Positions 1 through 17,990 of a stretch of 64,000 nt of DNA are shown piece after piece. Positions within the stretch are counted from its first letter, which is position 1. Each line of letters starts with the position of its first letter. The position numbers and the translations under genes were made by a program. The notes under the pieces are model-generated. The model did not search any database, was not told the DNA's origin, and saw nothing but the letters and a program-made list of their open reading frames with translations. The stretch comes from Eledone cirrhosa (taxonomy: Eukaryota): assembly GCA_964016885.1 (NCBI GenBank), contig OZ024742.1, positions 111,910,001-111,974,000 of the forward strand, given 5' to 3'.

Positions 1-953
1 ATTTACAATATTGAAGAGTGATTGACCAATGGAAGTGATTCCCGCACAACAAATAATTACGTTAATAAACTAATTATAAATGTATTTCAGAGAATTAATA
101 TATCACTTACGTAATTCCTGGCAAGATGCTTCTGCCGCATACCTGCTGTTAATACTAAGAATACTACATACATTTATTTGGCAAAATATTTGTAAACAAA
201 CATGTTGTTTTTATTATCATTCTCTGACGTCATAATTTTTATGTGTTGGACTTGTTATTTCTAAAAGATGTAGTATGCACATTTACACTTGCATACATTA
301 CTGATACTATATATTCTCTGAATAACATTCAATAAGTATATATGGAAGAAATAGTAGTTTTCATAAAGTCTTTTAAATAGATGTGATCGTTTTAAATACA
401 AATACAGGCCTTAAACGCAAACATAGCCTCCAGCCTAGCAGAAAAATTCTATACACTACGTATAGACAACTATTCATTGAATTGCTTTGATTCAGAAGAA
501 ACATGTGAAATATAAAAATGGCATTTTTTTTCGAGTGACGCAGAAAAGAGATTTGAAAGACACGAAAAATCAAAGTAAATTCAAATATGTAAAGGAAAAT
601 GCAATGCATATCAGTTATGATACATTTAAAAGAACGTTTAGCAAGAGTTTCGGGCTATAGTCATTGAAAAATATGCCATTTGTATGTATTTTTTCCACTT
701 AAAAGAAATTACAAACATGACTTCAAAACTTCGCAATTAAATACATATAAATGTGTATTTACGAATATGTCCATGCATACACACACATACGCAAACACAT
801 TATACATACATTTATTCATACATATATACATATATAAACACACACATATATGTACATACGTACATATTATATATAATGTTAAAATCACGACAGTAAATGT
901 ATACGATTATCCTCATACGAATGAATATGTGTGTTTGAGCACATACCTTTGTG

Positions 954-1015
<62 letters not shown>

Positions 1016-2007
1016 CGTGTGTGTGTATGTGTGTGTGTGCTTATAATTTGCTGTCAAATATTTGTTAATCAATTTCTATATCATATGCAATACTTTGTAT
1101 TTATCATTTTTATATCTTTAAATGAAAAACATATGAGAGTGTGCAACATTGAATTAAAACTTTATTTATACGTTTTAGATACGTTAGTGATATTAACTTT
1201 GCTTTCAGTTAAAATATTTTGGCTATTAAACGTTTCACATACAAATTCTCAAACATTGATTAAGTTTGTGAGTTGTAGACTTTATCAAAGTCTTAGTTAA
1301 TTGTTGCTAGAGAATATATATCGTTGCATTGTGACAGAATGAATAATATGTATCCTATAAGAATCATGGAACGGCATAGATAATGATGGTTGCCGGCATG
1401 CGTACGAGTATTAACCAGCTCATATTCTACTTCTTCCAGGCGTTTATGATGTCGAGTCCAAAATGCCACCCACCAGACACTGAAAACAATTCAATGTAGG
1501 ATGCATAACATTAGCAAGCGAAGATTATCCTGAAGAGTGCATGAGGATGTACAATCTACTGCGAGTTTTCGGAAGGGAAATAATCAGTTCAACACATATG
1601 CAACTGTGTATGTGGCATTTGCTTCTCTCTCTGTACTACTGTCAAGTCTTAGCATATGTATACGACACTATAAGATAAATAAATAAATAAATACATTATT
1701 CAGACTAATTCTTTAACAAGTATGAACCGCAGCGACTAACCCACTTGGTAATTTAATACCTTAGCCTACTGATAATCCCCAGAATTTTAGTAACTTTAGT
1801 ACCTCACGCACTCCGGTTACGTACAGAAATACTCGTGTACATCATAAATACTTTTATAAATACTTTCATAAATACTGTAGCAAATGGTCATTATGCAATC
1901 ACTTTGATGTCTTCGAAATACGTACAAGATTAGACAATAACTAGAGGATTTACAGTTAAAACTGCCTGTCTTTTTAATTACACACACACACACACACACA
2001 TACACAC

Positions 2008-2075
<68 letters not shown>

Positions 2076-2262
2076 AGATAATATATCTTATTTCCCTTCT
2101 ACTCACACTACCATTAGAAAGAGAAATAGAAATTAAAGATTAATTTGGTTCTACTGACCCTTCTCACTGGAAGATAGAACTCATGTAGGTAATGAATTCT
2201 TAGTGCTCCCAGACAAGCATTCCCTATAGGGGGTGTCCTAATCTATATATAATAGACACAGG

Positions 2263-2610
2263 ATGAAACTGGGATTTTCCCGTGCTACAAATATGAAAGC
2301 CGACATCACCACCAACACCAAGAGCTCTTTTCCAGGCGAATGCTCTGCAGAAAACCAGAAGCATGCCCTCTGCAACAACAGTGGGAAAGAACTGCAGTCG
2401 TCTATGAGACCGAATTTACATCCACTCAGCCGAATCAACAGCAGGGCGTCAAAACATTTGTAGGTTTGTCAGAGGGCGGGTTTAACAAAAATCTTCCTAA
2501 ATCACCAGACGGGCTTTCGACAATCTGATAAGCGATCGTCCACAAACCTGATAAACCAAGTATTGTCTCTCAAGGATGGAGACGTGAATTCCTACATTAA
2601 TTAGGAACTT
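2263..2610 (+). mobile_element. Decayed 3' fragment (GIY-YIG region) of a YRDDG-type PLE
   Basis: Frameshifted translation (..CRKPEACPLQQQW..VVYETEFTS..TFVGLSEGGF..) parallels the PLE at 55035-55361 (RKPEACPLQQQC..VVSEAVVTS..YYVSMAEGRF). Confidence 0.8.
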
Positions 2611-2723
2611 CTCACCCTTTTGATGCGATAGGGAAATGATTGCCATTATATAAATGCGTATTACACCAAATTGCGTTATAACTTAAAACGATAAATATGA
2701 ATATCCAACATTCGTATTTTTTA

Positions 2724-2760
<37 letters not shown>

Positions 2761-3175
2761 TGTGTGTGTGTGTATATATATTCGTTCCATATACTGTACC
2801 GATTGTGTTGTTATTTCTGCTTACCTTTTACATACATATATATCAACACTTACGTGGATCTCTCAAATTCCGCATATTCAAATTGGATTTTCACCCTGAA
2901 ACTGGATATAACCCGGAGTTTAGCTGAACTTTCACCAGGAAATCTTTCGGATCACTAAAATTTTCTTTGCTTCTTGCATTTAAATACACCACGAATCTCT
3001 ATCATTTTTCCTCTACAATAATATTCTTACACCACCTTCTTCTTCTCACCCATCTATTTATCACTAAGATCCTCTACCTGCTATTTCAAAGGTTGACCGA
3101 ATATATTCCTTCCATATACTGTAACGATTAGGTTGTTACTTCTGTTTAACTTTTACATACATACACACACACACG

Positions 3176-3242
<67 letters not shown>

Positions 3243-3747
3243 GGAGAATAAGAACAAACTAGATAATGCTAATAGGATTTTTTCATAGTAAAACAGAAAA
3301 ATGAGAAGAAAAAAGTATATAGTACCGGTTTCAGTCGAAAAAAAATTCGATTTCACTGGAAGCAGTAATGGTGAGGAGGAGGGGAAGAAGTAGAAGAAGG
3401 TGTACGAGTAATGATAGCAGTATAGTAAAGGAGGAAGGAAAAGCAAAATAAGAAAACGAAGAAGGAGAAGAAGAAGGAGAAGAAAAAGGAGTCGACAGGT
3501 AGTTTTGGTAGTAATATTATTATTATTATTAGTAGCAGTTGAAACTGTCCCTGGGACTGACCTTAGAGGTAGAGTCACCTATCAATTGACCTGTCGCAGT
3601 AATTGGTGTAAATATATCTATTTTCTTAATATTTCCGTAGGAAATACTGTCGCACTTAATTTGCCCGTTGAAGTGATAGTTGGGAGCTAGTTGCAGTTTC
3701 GTCTCTGGAGGATGCATTTAAAGCGAATTCGTATTTTGTGATAATTA

Positions 3748-3920
3748 TTTCTACTTTAGGCACAAGGCCAGCAATTACCCAGTGCATTACTGGTACTTTA
3801 TTTTATCGACCCCGTAAGGATGAAAGGCAAAGTCAACCTCGGCGGGATTTGAACTCAGATCGTAAAGGGACGTAACTATGCTGGGAAGCATGGCGTCCGA
3901 CGCTCTACCGATACTGCCTT
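3748..3920 (-). mobile_element. tRNA-derived SINE
   Basis: Minus strand has A-box-like GGCAGTATCGG, B-box GAGTTCAAATCC and body GCCTTTCATCCTTACGGGGTCGATAAAATAAAGTACCAG, repeated many times in the window. Confidence 0.9.
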
Positions 3921-3990
3921 TGCCAACGCATTAGCTGTGGGTAGCGTTATATTTAAATTTACAGAAGGGAAACAGTCTGAAGTTGCGTAG

Positions 3991-7621
<3,631 letters not shown>

Positions 7622-7625
<4 letters not shown>

Positions 7626-7870
7626 ATTGAATAAAAATGAAGATGAACACTAATGTAACATACATGTGTTCGAATTGTAAGGACTAGGTTAGCTAGGATG
7701 AACAAATACTAACTACAGCAATATGGTTTGTCTGACTTAATTTTAAGTAGCAAATTAAACATAAATTAATTAAAATAACAGACTTATATTGGGCAAAAAG
7801 CCTGGTCCTTACGATTCGAACACATGTATGTTTATATTAGTGTTCATCTCCCTTGTTTATTCAATTATAT
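7622..7870. repeat. Fold-back (inverted repeat) element between (TA)n tracts
   Basis: 7622-7690 (ATATAATTGAATAAA..GATGAACACTAAT..CATACATGTGTTCGAATTGTAAGGACTAGG) is the reverse complement of ~7799-7870. Confidence 0.8.
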
Positions 7871-7910
7871 TACTCGGCTCGGAAAGGCCATATATATATA
7901 TAATGTATTC

Positions 7911-7941
<31 letters not shown>

Positions 7942-8013
7942 GATACATACATACATACATACCTACACATACACACACACACATACCCCCCCCACACACA
8001 CACACATACACAC

Positions 8014-8046
<33 letters not shown>

Positions 8047-8048
<2 letters not shown>

Positions 8049-8118
8049 GTAGAACACTGGAGAACCGCCTAAGGTGAAACAATTGTTCTCGGTATGGTGA
8101 ACTAACTGCTGTGTTACT

Positions 8119-8120
<2 letters not shown>
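8047..8120 (+). mobile_element. Solo pseudo-LTR scrap with 3' half of a minimal hammerhead
   Basis: TAAGGTGAAACAATTGTTCTCGGTATGGTGAACTAACTGCTGTG is identical to 55701-55744. Confidence 0.8.
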
Positions 8121-8199
<79 letters not shown>

Positions 8200-8204
<5 letters not shown>

Positions 8205-8378
8205 GATGGAAGTGTGGTAAGGAACCAGATGGACCATAACACACCAGAGTAGTCAATACTTAGGGTAGTAGAATGGGTAATAGGAGAATGTTTCACCTCG
8301 ACGGCAGAGCTCAAACTCTACTCTAGAAATAGCCGTTGAAACGGCTTGAGCTCTGCCGTCGGGTTCAAACATTTTCCT
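8200..8378. mobile_element. Inverted+direct pseudo-LTR remnant of the 21.6-24.6 kb PLE family
   Basis: 8200-8310 matches 21650-21750; 8325-8378 (AGAAATAGCCGTTGAAACGGCTTGAGCTCTGCCGTCGG) matches 24509-24546; flanked by (TA)n. Confidence 0.85.
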
Positions 8379-9588
8379 ATATATATATATATAATTTGTT
8401 TTACTGATTTCTGATTCAAGTAAACTGAATTTTTTGTACTCTCTCCTACAAGGAATATAATATTTCAAATATGTGGGTATAAAATGCAACCGTATCAGGC
8501 GCATTCTCTTTTAATTATTACATTACACCGAACATAACGTGATAAAAAATAACGCATATATTGAACCGTACACTATATACTTATATACAATACACATATA
8601 GTAATCTAGATGATGGTCTTTTCAGCAGTGATCACGTCATGGGTAATTCCACAATCCTGTAAGAATGATAACCTTTAGACCTTCGGGTTCATTATCCACC
8701 ATCAGTGAAGATTAGTCATTCGAAATTAATGCAGATAACCCAGTAGCTTATAAATATATTGTTTGCAAATAATGCATTTTATAAAATGTTTAACTGCATA
8801 CAGTAAGGTGTTATCGGGCTACTATTAATTAGAAGTAGCAGTCACAAAGCGTGTAAATTTGTATATAAACATTTCCTGAAAAAATCCTTTCATATTGTAC
8901 ATACATATGTCTCGCTGTAAGCCTTTTAATTATTCTAAGAATTCAATGTTTATCAGACAACAATAAAACACGTCTTACATATTATCGTAGTAATGTTATA
9001 TTTCACAGGAACATGTTCATATCTCACCTTATCGAGCTTTACATATCTTCAGGTTGAATATATCTGTCTCCGTAATGTATGAACCGTCATGAGTTCAGGA
9101 ATATAGAAACTGTTGCAATATCGACGTCATCCATTTCAATTGCTATATTGAAAATATAGCAATAATGGTTTTGAATATAGAATAATGATTTTGAATTTAT
9201 TTCCCCGGTGATGCACACAACTATATTTTTTAACGAGACGGATATCTGAAAAATGTGAACAATAAAGTAACATTGAATATGCCATAACACAGAGATTAAC
9301 TGTCATGCAGAAGCGCTTTTTTTGTTAAAAATCCATTACCTCAGTCTTCCATTTACTGGCTAACGTACACATTATTGTGTAATGGCAATGTGCAGCTTGT
9401 TACGAAAGTTTATTGCATATTACAACAGTTTCGATATCGATCTGCTAGATCCCAACTCTTAATCGACAGCTCCTCAGATATGCGAGTCTACTTAAGTTGT
9501 CTCATATGTGTATATACACACATACACACACACACCTATATATATATATATACATACACACACGCACAGACTAAAACATGACATCCAG

Positions 9589-9636
<48 letters not shown>

Positions 9637-10265
9637 CTCTGGGTGTCATGTTTTATTGGAAGCTTGACTCTCTCGAAATTAATATCGGTTTCACACCAAG
9701 AATCTTGTAAATCAAACTAAAATGGTGAAGCATATATTTAATTAATTTCTACACAGTTCTCATACAATTTATACCAGAAACAATGTCAGAGTTATGTAAT
9801 ATGTGACTTTTATAGACAAATATATCATATTTTATCTTTGATGCAGGCACATATTTTCAGCTTGTTAAGGGGCTGCAGAAATTAAAAACACATGTTGCAT
9901 TGGGCTAGGATTACCATTTAAGAATCAAATGGACGTTCGTAGTGTCATATTTTTTTTCGGAGATGAGTGTAGAATGCATTTGATGAACAGAATAGCCCAC
10001 TCATAACGTTAACAAGCAGGTGGCTTAGCATTCTACCGAGACGTGTACCCTTAACATGATTATATGGGAACTTCGTTATGACATTTTGTGTGGCAAGTCT
10101 TTGCTTTTGAATTGCATGTATAGTCCACTAGTCGATTTTCTATTTATGTCAATTCACAAGACGCGCAGTTATGACAGATGATATTGCCCATGATTCCATA
10201 TTGTGAGATCTTATAACTGAGAAGCAAACATATCAGACCCTGCTGTACCCAGATAGATTGATTAA

Positions 10266-10319
<54 letters not shown>

Positions 10320-10999
10320 CTTGTTTATTTGCTACTTAACCATATATGTTTTGCTGCATATAGGATATAGTTATACGGTGATAATAATTACTAAACAATA
10401 GTTATACCTTACAACCTTGATATTACGCAGAAGATTTTTCGGTAATCCGTTGATAACCAATTAGATGAAATGTGTTTGATAATGGTAGAGGAATTCGTAC
10501 AGAATATTAAGCGAATTATATTTGGTGATGCTCGGAATGGTAATTCTTTCAAATGTAAAGCTAAATTATATTATATCGTCTATCATATTTATATTCCAAA
10601 CATAGGCTAAAATAATGTATTATTCAAATTCACTGCACGAATCCGGCTATCGTTGCAATATGGAAATGGGCTTCATTTTGACACAATAGCTTTCAGGCTG
10701 TTGCTCAAACAGGTTTTCTTTTGTTTATTTTACAATTTATTTTATGGTGTCAAGAGATAGTATGTGAAAAGTAATTTTGTATAAAAGAGCGAGATCTATA
10801 TCAACATTCAATGTACAGGACTATGCAGAATATATTTAGTACCATAGCCGGAGTGGTGTATAAAAACTCTAGAGAAAAACTGTTAAATCGCAATGCATAA
10901 CTTATATACAATTATGCAAACGTAATACGAAATTAAGATCGATGAATTGGAGGAATCTCAGAAAATAAGATGTTTGGTAAAGGTTTGCAAATGAATATA

Positions 11000-13330
11000 T
11001 CTACAATGTTATTGGTCATAGATGAAAGAGAAACATACTAAAAGAAATAAAAGCTGAAGGAATAATCTTACAGTACACATTAAAACTATGGAAACAAAAC
11101 TTCGAAAATCCAGAGTCATTGAAACGATGGGTAAAGAGTGAAAAGTGCTTCCCAAAATATGAAGCAGAATTAAAGAAAATACATTACTCAGACAGCCCCT
11201 TAAAAAAGAAACTGAACAAAAAAGAATCTTTAAAGAAACAGCCAAATTTCCAAACTTACCTCATCCAAACCACAGACATAATGCTCCTCAACTCAGAATG
11301 AACGCATTTTAAAGCCAAGCAGAAGAAATAGACGCAATCACTGCAATATAGATAGTAACAAAAACTCTACCAAAAGACGAAACTCCAAGATATCAAATGA
11401 CACCCCATACCATAAGCCCAACAAATTTCAGAAGAAATCCATCCACGCTACGTGAAATACCAACAGATACTATAGCAGGTAACACCCACGAAACTAAATT
11501 AATAGAAAATCAACCCACAGCCGCACATCAAACAGACAATTTGAAAACGACAGCTGCTCTCCAAATAACAATCTTTTTTATCACACGGACAGAAATAACA
11601 AGCTACACGTGAAATTCAACATATGAGAAACCGAAGGTAATCAACCTTCAATTGACAAACGCCAAAATAGATATTTTAAGGGACTGAAATTTACACCCAC
11701 CCGACAAAAATCACGCTTTCCTGAAATGCAAAACTACATTACATAATTACATCAAAAGCCTAGATTAACTGATTTTTTTCTCCGAAAACAATGGCAATGC
11801 GAGGAAACACTAGTTTGAAATAAACGTGATTTCTGCTGAAATAAAAAAATAAAAATAAATGAACAATTCTCTAGTCGCCTACTGCGAACATATGAATTTT
11901 CCATTTGGAAAATTTGGAAATAGAAACAACAAATCACATTTTTCAGAACACAAATGGAAGAACCTAATTAATTTAGTAGGAAACTATTATGAAATCAGAA
12001 TTGAAGAAGCTGATAAAGGTAGCAATGCAGTCCTAATGAATACAGACAAATATAAAGATCTAGTACTGAAAATGTTAGAAGACAAGAGTTACCATGAAAC
12101 ACCAACCAAATATGAATAATCAAATACAATAGAATATATTTTAACTTTTCGAAATAAGTATTGCAAAAGCCTAAACGCGAATAAAATTGACATAAACCAA
12201 TTTAGATGGAAATACAATTTTGTGGCCAACCGAAAATACACAAATACGAACTGATAAATGGTGCTTGTAAAGCCACGACAACCAAATACACCCAGTTAAC
12301 AACTGCAGATGATTTACAGATTAAGCCAATTAAAGAAGAACCTGCATGTGAATCACACTTACCGAGTAATTTCCCGGACATCCTTTTAAAACCCAACTAA
12401 AGATATGTGCAGTGCTACATAGGATATGATGTGGACATGCTGAATAAGTTCCCCAAATCAGACATTTGTTTCGTGAGGCGATGTTAAATTATAAGTAAAC
12501 ATACCCCATGAGAGTGGAATAACTACAATTGGATAATGGCTAGACAAACTGATCCGAATTACCGACATACTTCAAAAATATATCAACCTGGAAGGATTTA
12601 GACTCATATTGCGAAACTATTAATGTTCAAATGATCTTGTACCGACAAATATCAGGAGCTGCAATGAGCACGGAAATAGACCATACACACGCCAATATAG
12701 TCAGAGGCTTCCATAACCAAAATATTTAGAGACAATCATTAATAATATTTTGAGACACATTTCCCACATAACTATGAAACAACTGGATAAGTTACGTGGG
12801 CGATTGCTTTATCTTATGGCAGGGAAATCTTCATACACTCTTCGTAAATCCCAAAATATAATACATACGCTTAGGGGCAACATCCATTTCACAATGGAGA
12901 TTTATACTAGGAAATTAGCTTTTTAGATAACACAAATTCAAAAACAGATCGAAGAAGAGAACAGATATTTTCCATAAACCCACAAAGTTTAAACAGTACT
13001 GTTTACATCAAGTCAACCCGAGAACATACAATTAGAAAAACTAAAAAACAATCTTACGATATCATAAAAAAGGTATTGAAAGGGATAAACCTATATATCC
13101 AAGAGCGAAGGACAACCTTCAAAACCCCTATATCGAAATGTTTAACCACCTCCACAAATTCATTCCTATTCTATATGAAAATGAAAAACAAATTCTAGAA
13201 CCACAAATAACATTAAGATTAAAAGACAACTCAAAACACTAAAGCATGGCATTACTGAGTCACCGAACCCTTAAAAAAAAATATGTTGAACCTCATTGTT
13301 ACAAAACGTGAAAGAACAAATTTGGTATCT
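11000..13330 (+). pseudogene. Heavily decayed Neptune-like Penelope element (RT remnants)
   Basis: Remnant motifs GLKFTPT, IEEADKGSNAVLMN..Y..L.D..Y, PKIHK, YRQISGAAM, IHFTME, with many stops and frameshifts; clade call from recalled motif similarity. Confidence 0.7.
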
Positions 13331-13920
13331 GCTTCAACATATTTTATTAAAGTCATTGTGCTTCACCTGGAACTTTAGAGTTATAATACACAGAAATATA
13401 CGATGAAATTGGAAAAAGCCAGCATACAACCTAATAAGAAGGTTACAGAAAAGAAGGGAAGAAAGAAAAAAACAAATACAAAAAGAAATTTGAAAAGAAT
13501 AGGGAGAAAAGATTTATTGAAATAATTATCGTACAAAGTGTCTTTGTTTCTAAGCGTGTTCGGCATTCTTTGTCCCAAGGTGGATCCGGCGATGATACTC
13601 TACTCTGTAAACCAAGTTCTCTATCTATCGATACAATTCTTTACCTATATAATTCTATCGAATTCTCTCTCTGTACATATATATATAGTTATACCTATAT
13701 GTACAGAATAGAAATAATCGAGTGTGTGTGTATGTGTTTGTGTGTGTGTGTGTGTATGTATGTGTGTGTGTGTGTGTATCCCGGGTTTAATCGGGCGTAA
13801 CCACAGTAAGTAAGGTTCTCAATACATAGCAGAGTATAAATGTTCAATATAGAAACGGCTTCTACAGGACTAGAACTGATTTATTCGAATGAAACATTAC
13901 TAGTCTTTACATATATGTGT

Positions 13921-14055
13921 AAGCAGCGATTCTTTGCTTAAACTTTAATCTGTTATTTTAATAAATACTTGCTCTAGGGTTCTTATATATTTGATATATA
14001 TTTATCCTTATCGAGCCCTCTTTGGATGTTAGTCTTCACATTTATTATTATTACT
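13921..14055 (+). mobile_element. Solo pseudo-LTR tail of the 19-20.8 kb PLE family
   Basis: Reverse complement of 18965-19098; 5' part matches 20729-20770. Confidence 0.8.
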
Positions 14056-14095
14056 ATATATCTATATATATATTAATATAAAAAATATTAATAAA

Positions 14096-14548
14096 TACCA
14101 GATTATAGTATGCTTTCTTCAGATAAAATACAATATTTGTTAAGATATCGACATACCCACAGCGTGATCCTACAACGAAAATAAAAAATGGTCTGTGAAA
14201 AAAATCTCAAAATTTCAAAGGATATAAATTAATAGCGATACATTAAAACAGAAAAAAAACCCGTTATTATAGACGCTTGAGGGATTTTGAAAAATAGCGT
14301 GTTTATATTGGTCGTGTGGTAGTAGTACGACCAATATAAACACGCTATTTTTCAAAATTTATCAAGCGTCTATAATAACGGTGTTTTTCTATGTTAGTGT
14401 ATCCCTATTAATTTATATCCTTTGAAATTTTGAGGTTTTCTCTTACTGCCCATTGTTGGTATCGTTGTAGGATCCCGCTCTGGGTATGTCGATATCTTAA
14501 CAACAAATATTGTATTTTATATGAAGAAAGCATACTATAATCTGGTAT
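14096..14548. repeat. ~450 bp palindrome (fold-back pseudo-LTR)
   Basis: Arms ATACCAGATTATAGTATGCTTTCTTC.. / ..GAAGAAAGCATACTATAATCTGGTAT; centre TATATTGGTCGT-gtggtagtagt-ACGACCAATATA. Confidence 0.92.
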
Positions 14549-14572
14549 CCTTGAAATATGTATAATGAAATA
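14513..14572 (+). ncRNA. Type I hammerhead ribozyme motif (core mutated to ATGAAGA; CTGAAGA in the inverted arm)
   Basis: TATTTTAT-ATGAAGA-AAGCATACTA/TGGTATCCTT-GAAA-TATGTA-TA-ATGAAATA: stems I, II and III pair by eye. Confidence 0.6.
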
Positions 14573-15199
14573 AATATGTTGTTATAAAGATATTTTCCAT
14601 TTATTAAAATGTTTAATATTAATATTATAATACTCCAGATAAATGTGCTTGTAGAGTGTTTCGTATCTGTTATAAATTTAACTTTCTTGAATATTTAACA
14701 ACAAAGCATATAACTCATCGTTCATATATATATATATCTACCGCTGTCTCGTTTTGTATGCATGATTCAACTAACATATGTTTAATCGAATATTTTCTGT
14801 TGATCGTATGTTTTTATTTTTATTTGTTTAGTATGAGTTTTTTTTAACGCAGACTATATTCATACATTTAATCAAATGATTTTTTTATTTTATCATTATC
14901 TCTTTTTCTGAAATAAAAGTAGATTCCATGAGCGTGTGCGTGTGTGTGTGTGTGTGTGCGATTTCTACTCGACCACAGTTATCAGTAAACGTTTTGTTAT
15001 TTCCATATAATAAACTCTCATAAGTTTCGCGCTGTAAACTGCAGCCTATATATGCTGTTACCTCTCAGATTGGTATATGTGTTACTGTGTCTCCGTCTAT
15101 TTTAAATATAATTTCATGTAAATAATACAGCACAGTGCTCAAACGTTTTAGATATACATCTAAATTTGTTGTTGGGAAAGGTTTTCACAATCAAAATAT

Positions 15200-16207
15200 A
15201 GTGATTATCCACTTCACCTCGGGTGCGTACTGGCAATTCTGTTCCTTAATTTCATGAACTGGATTGACATGCACAGACAGGATGGAAGTGGTATCACGAA
15301 TAGCGGGTGTTAAATCAATCGGCCAGGATTTGCAGACTACACGGTGTTACTAAACTCGACAGAATGTGATATTCGGTTTGCATTTCATAGGTTTGATGCT
15401 GAGTGCTGCATGGCTGGAATAAAAATCAGTGCTGTGAAAACTGAGACATTCGTCATCTCAAGGAAGCCCGTGCAGTGTACTTTACATGTGGATGGAGGTC
15501 CACTGAAGCAAGTAGAGACATACAAGTATCTCAGGGCTTTCTTCGGGAGTGACCGAAGGCAGAGAGGCAAATTATGTTCAAGATTTGCAGGAGGAGGTAG
15601 AGTAATGTGCGAGCTTCAGATTCAGTAATCAAAAGAAGTGAGATAGGTGTAAAAGCCAGTATCTCTCTCTTCAATTCGGTATTCGTGCCAACCCTTACTT
15701 CTGGTCATTAATCTTTGGTAATGGCAGACAAAATACGATGGCCAATACAAGAATTCAAAATGGGGTTTCCTATGAAGAGTCTTTGAAGTAACGTTACTTG
15801 ACAGAGTACGTAGCTCGGAGGTCAGATATTCACACCGTTTAGAGCAGCTATTACTCCGAATTGAGAGATCACATCTCCGAAATTACCGGCATGGCATTAG
15901 AATGTCTCAGGAAAGAATCGCTGGACAGATTCTACTTCACAGAATTGAAACATCACATCTTCGAAATTACGGGTATGGGGTTAGAATATCCCAGGAAAGA
16001 TTCGCTGGACAGATTCTACTGACAAAACCAACCGGCAGGAGACCCAGGGTTAGAGAATGAGCGAGATCATTGGATATCATCCATCAGCTTTGCTGGTCTC
16101 GCATGGGGAACCAGCCGTATATGTTGAAGACATTTGTTTCTGACATGGCCCGGTGGAAGTAGTGTTTGAGGACTCTGCGCCCACAACCCTCTCTGGAATA
16201 AGTTAGT

Positions 16208-16210
<3 letters not shown>
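15200..16210 (+). mobile_element. 5'-truncated RTE-clade LINE (RT C-terminus) with (GAA)n/(TAA)n tail
   Basis: FADYTVLL..FDAECCMAGIKISAVKTETFVISRK..LKQVETYKYL; ~85 bp internal tandem duplication at 15858-16020. Confidence 0.85.
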
Positions 16211-16347
<137 letters not shown>

Positions 16348-17419
16348 GGTTATCCAGTACATAACGGAATAGATGGTGAGCCTCGTATGTATTCTGTGTG
16401 TGGTCTGTCTGTTTTTAATTTCGTGGATCATAACAAATACTATATATAATGGTCACTGAAAAAAATGATGGTGATTCACGGCCATCGGTTCACCTTCTAA
16501 CTAAATTCTTCTCTCACGAATTCTGTAAGTAGAAATATTTCATTACTGAAAATATTTCTGCTCAAACCTAGCTCCTGAATATCCAGATAAGAATCAGAAA
16601 CCCACACATTCAAAGACACAAAAGCACACACGCGAGAGATAAAGAGTGAGATAGAAAAAGAAGGAAAAAAACTAATGAAGAACAGAAAAGAAGAACACAT
16701 ACAAGAGATGACTAGACAACATGTCTCCAAAATTAAAAAGAAAACTTGAATACAATATTTTTAATTCAGATATTGATCAGCCAGAATAGCAGGACCAACT
16801 AAAACAATAACCCCAGACACACAAGAACCAAACCAACAGCCCCTGTCTCAGTGTGACCAGATCAGCAATAAAACTGATCGTTCCTATTCCAGCATTTCAA
16901 ATGTTCTACTTTCCCACAAAACAACATCACTGTCAATATCTACTACTACTTCTACCTCTCCAATTACTGATTAAGAAATCATATCTCCCTACTCTCTCCA
17001 CTCCATCTCAAACAACCCCAACAAACCAACCATTATCACAGCTGCAATCCTATATTGGTAATACTACCATTCCAACCATTGATGAAGAAGTCCTTTCTCT
17101 CTCAAAGAGACAATCTATCATTCTTAAAAATAAAAATTAATTTTATCTCATTCACTATAAATGCCACGTTTTGTTTTAAATTTAGGCCCATACACACTCC
17201 TTGTTTTTCTCCCTTTTTGAAACCTATCCACTATTCTATAAACCTCCTTCTCTCACTGTCACTCACCACCCACCCTTCTCTGTCTATCTACTTCTCCCTC
17301 GGTATATCCCTCTGCAAATCTACCAATCTCCCCATACATTCTCTAATTACAACGACCCCCCCACCTCCAACACCCTAGTCAATCTAAGAGCCTCTCCCTA
17401 GCATTCCACCCCAGGGTGA

Positions 17420-17990
17420 TCGATCAGTCACACTCGTGCGCCATGCCCCACAGTCGCCCCAAATGCTACAGCTACTTGCACCATCAATGCGTTAAATTAA
17501 TTCAGTGTGCGTTGGAATCCCAGCAAATATGGCACTCCTCGCGATGTCCATCCACCACGACGCCACGGGTGCCCGGCACAATGGGGAGCCGAACCTGCTC
17601 GACTCGGACGAGACATTGTTCGTGATTTCCTGTCACAAAGATTCGCGCAGAATCATCACCAAGTATCCCAAAAGGTGTCCGAACACTCTTGGCTGAAGCG
17701 CTAGCGTCTTCTATCGATCGAGCACTTGACATGGGTAGCCAGCAAAACTAGACATATCTGTTCAGCTTCGCCACCGGAGGGATCGGGAACCCGACGGCGG
17801 GGAAGCCATTAGCAGTAGAGAGATCGCCGACTTCACTGAATTGGAAACTCAAAAGCAAAATCGGTTCTTTCAACGAACATTCGCCTGTTAGCATGTCGGC
17901 CCAAGGTTCTGCCCACAAATGCCGACACAACGCACACAGTCTACTTCCGACTGCACGAAAGGTTACAACAGACAATGAACAAATAAATTG
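17420..17990 (+). mobile_element. Probable N-terminal fragment of a CRE-like non-LTR element
   Basis: GC-rich island translating IPKGVRTLLAEALASSIDRAL..*TYLFSFA..SLNWKLKSKI, resembling the pre-RT region of CRE-like ORFs; upstream Cys/His-rich stretch. Confidence 0.5.

Noticed and set aside
1522-1586. CTGAAGA-GTGCAT/ATGTAC hairpin resembling an HHR 5' half
   Set aside because: No GAAA follows stem II; at best a decayed relic
3318-3365. Minus-strand TCGAA/TTCGA-CT-GAAA-CCGG-TA hammerhead-like 3' half
   Set aside because: 5' core and stem I could not be identified
16500-17400. A/C-rich stretch suggestive of a retroelement 5' region
   Set aside because: No diagnostic motif recoverable
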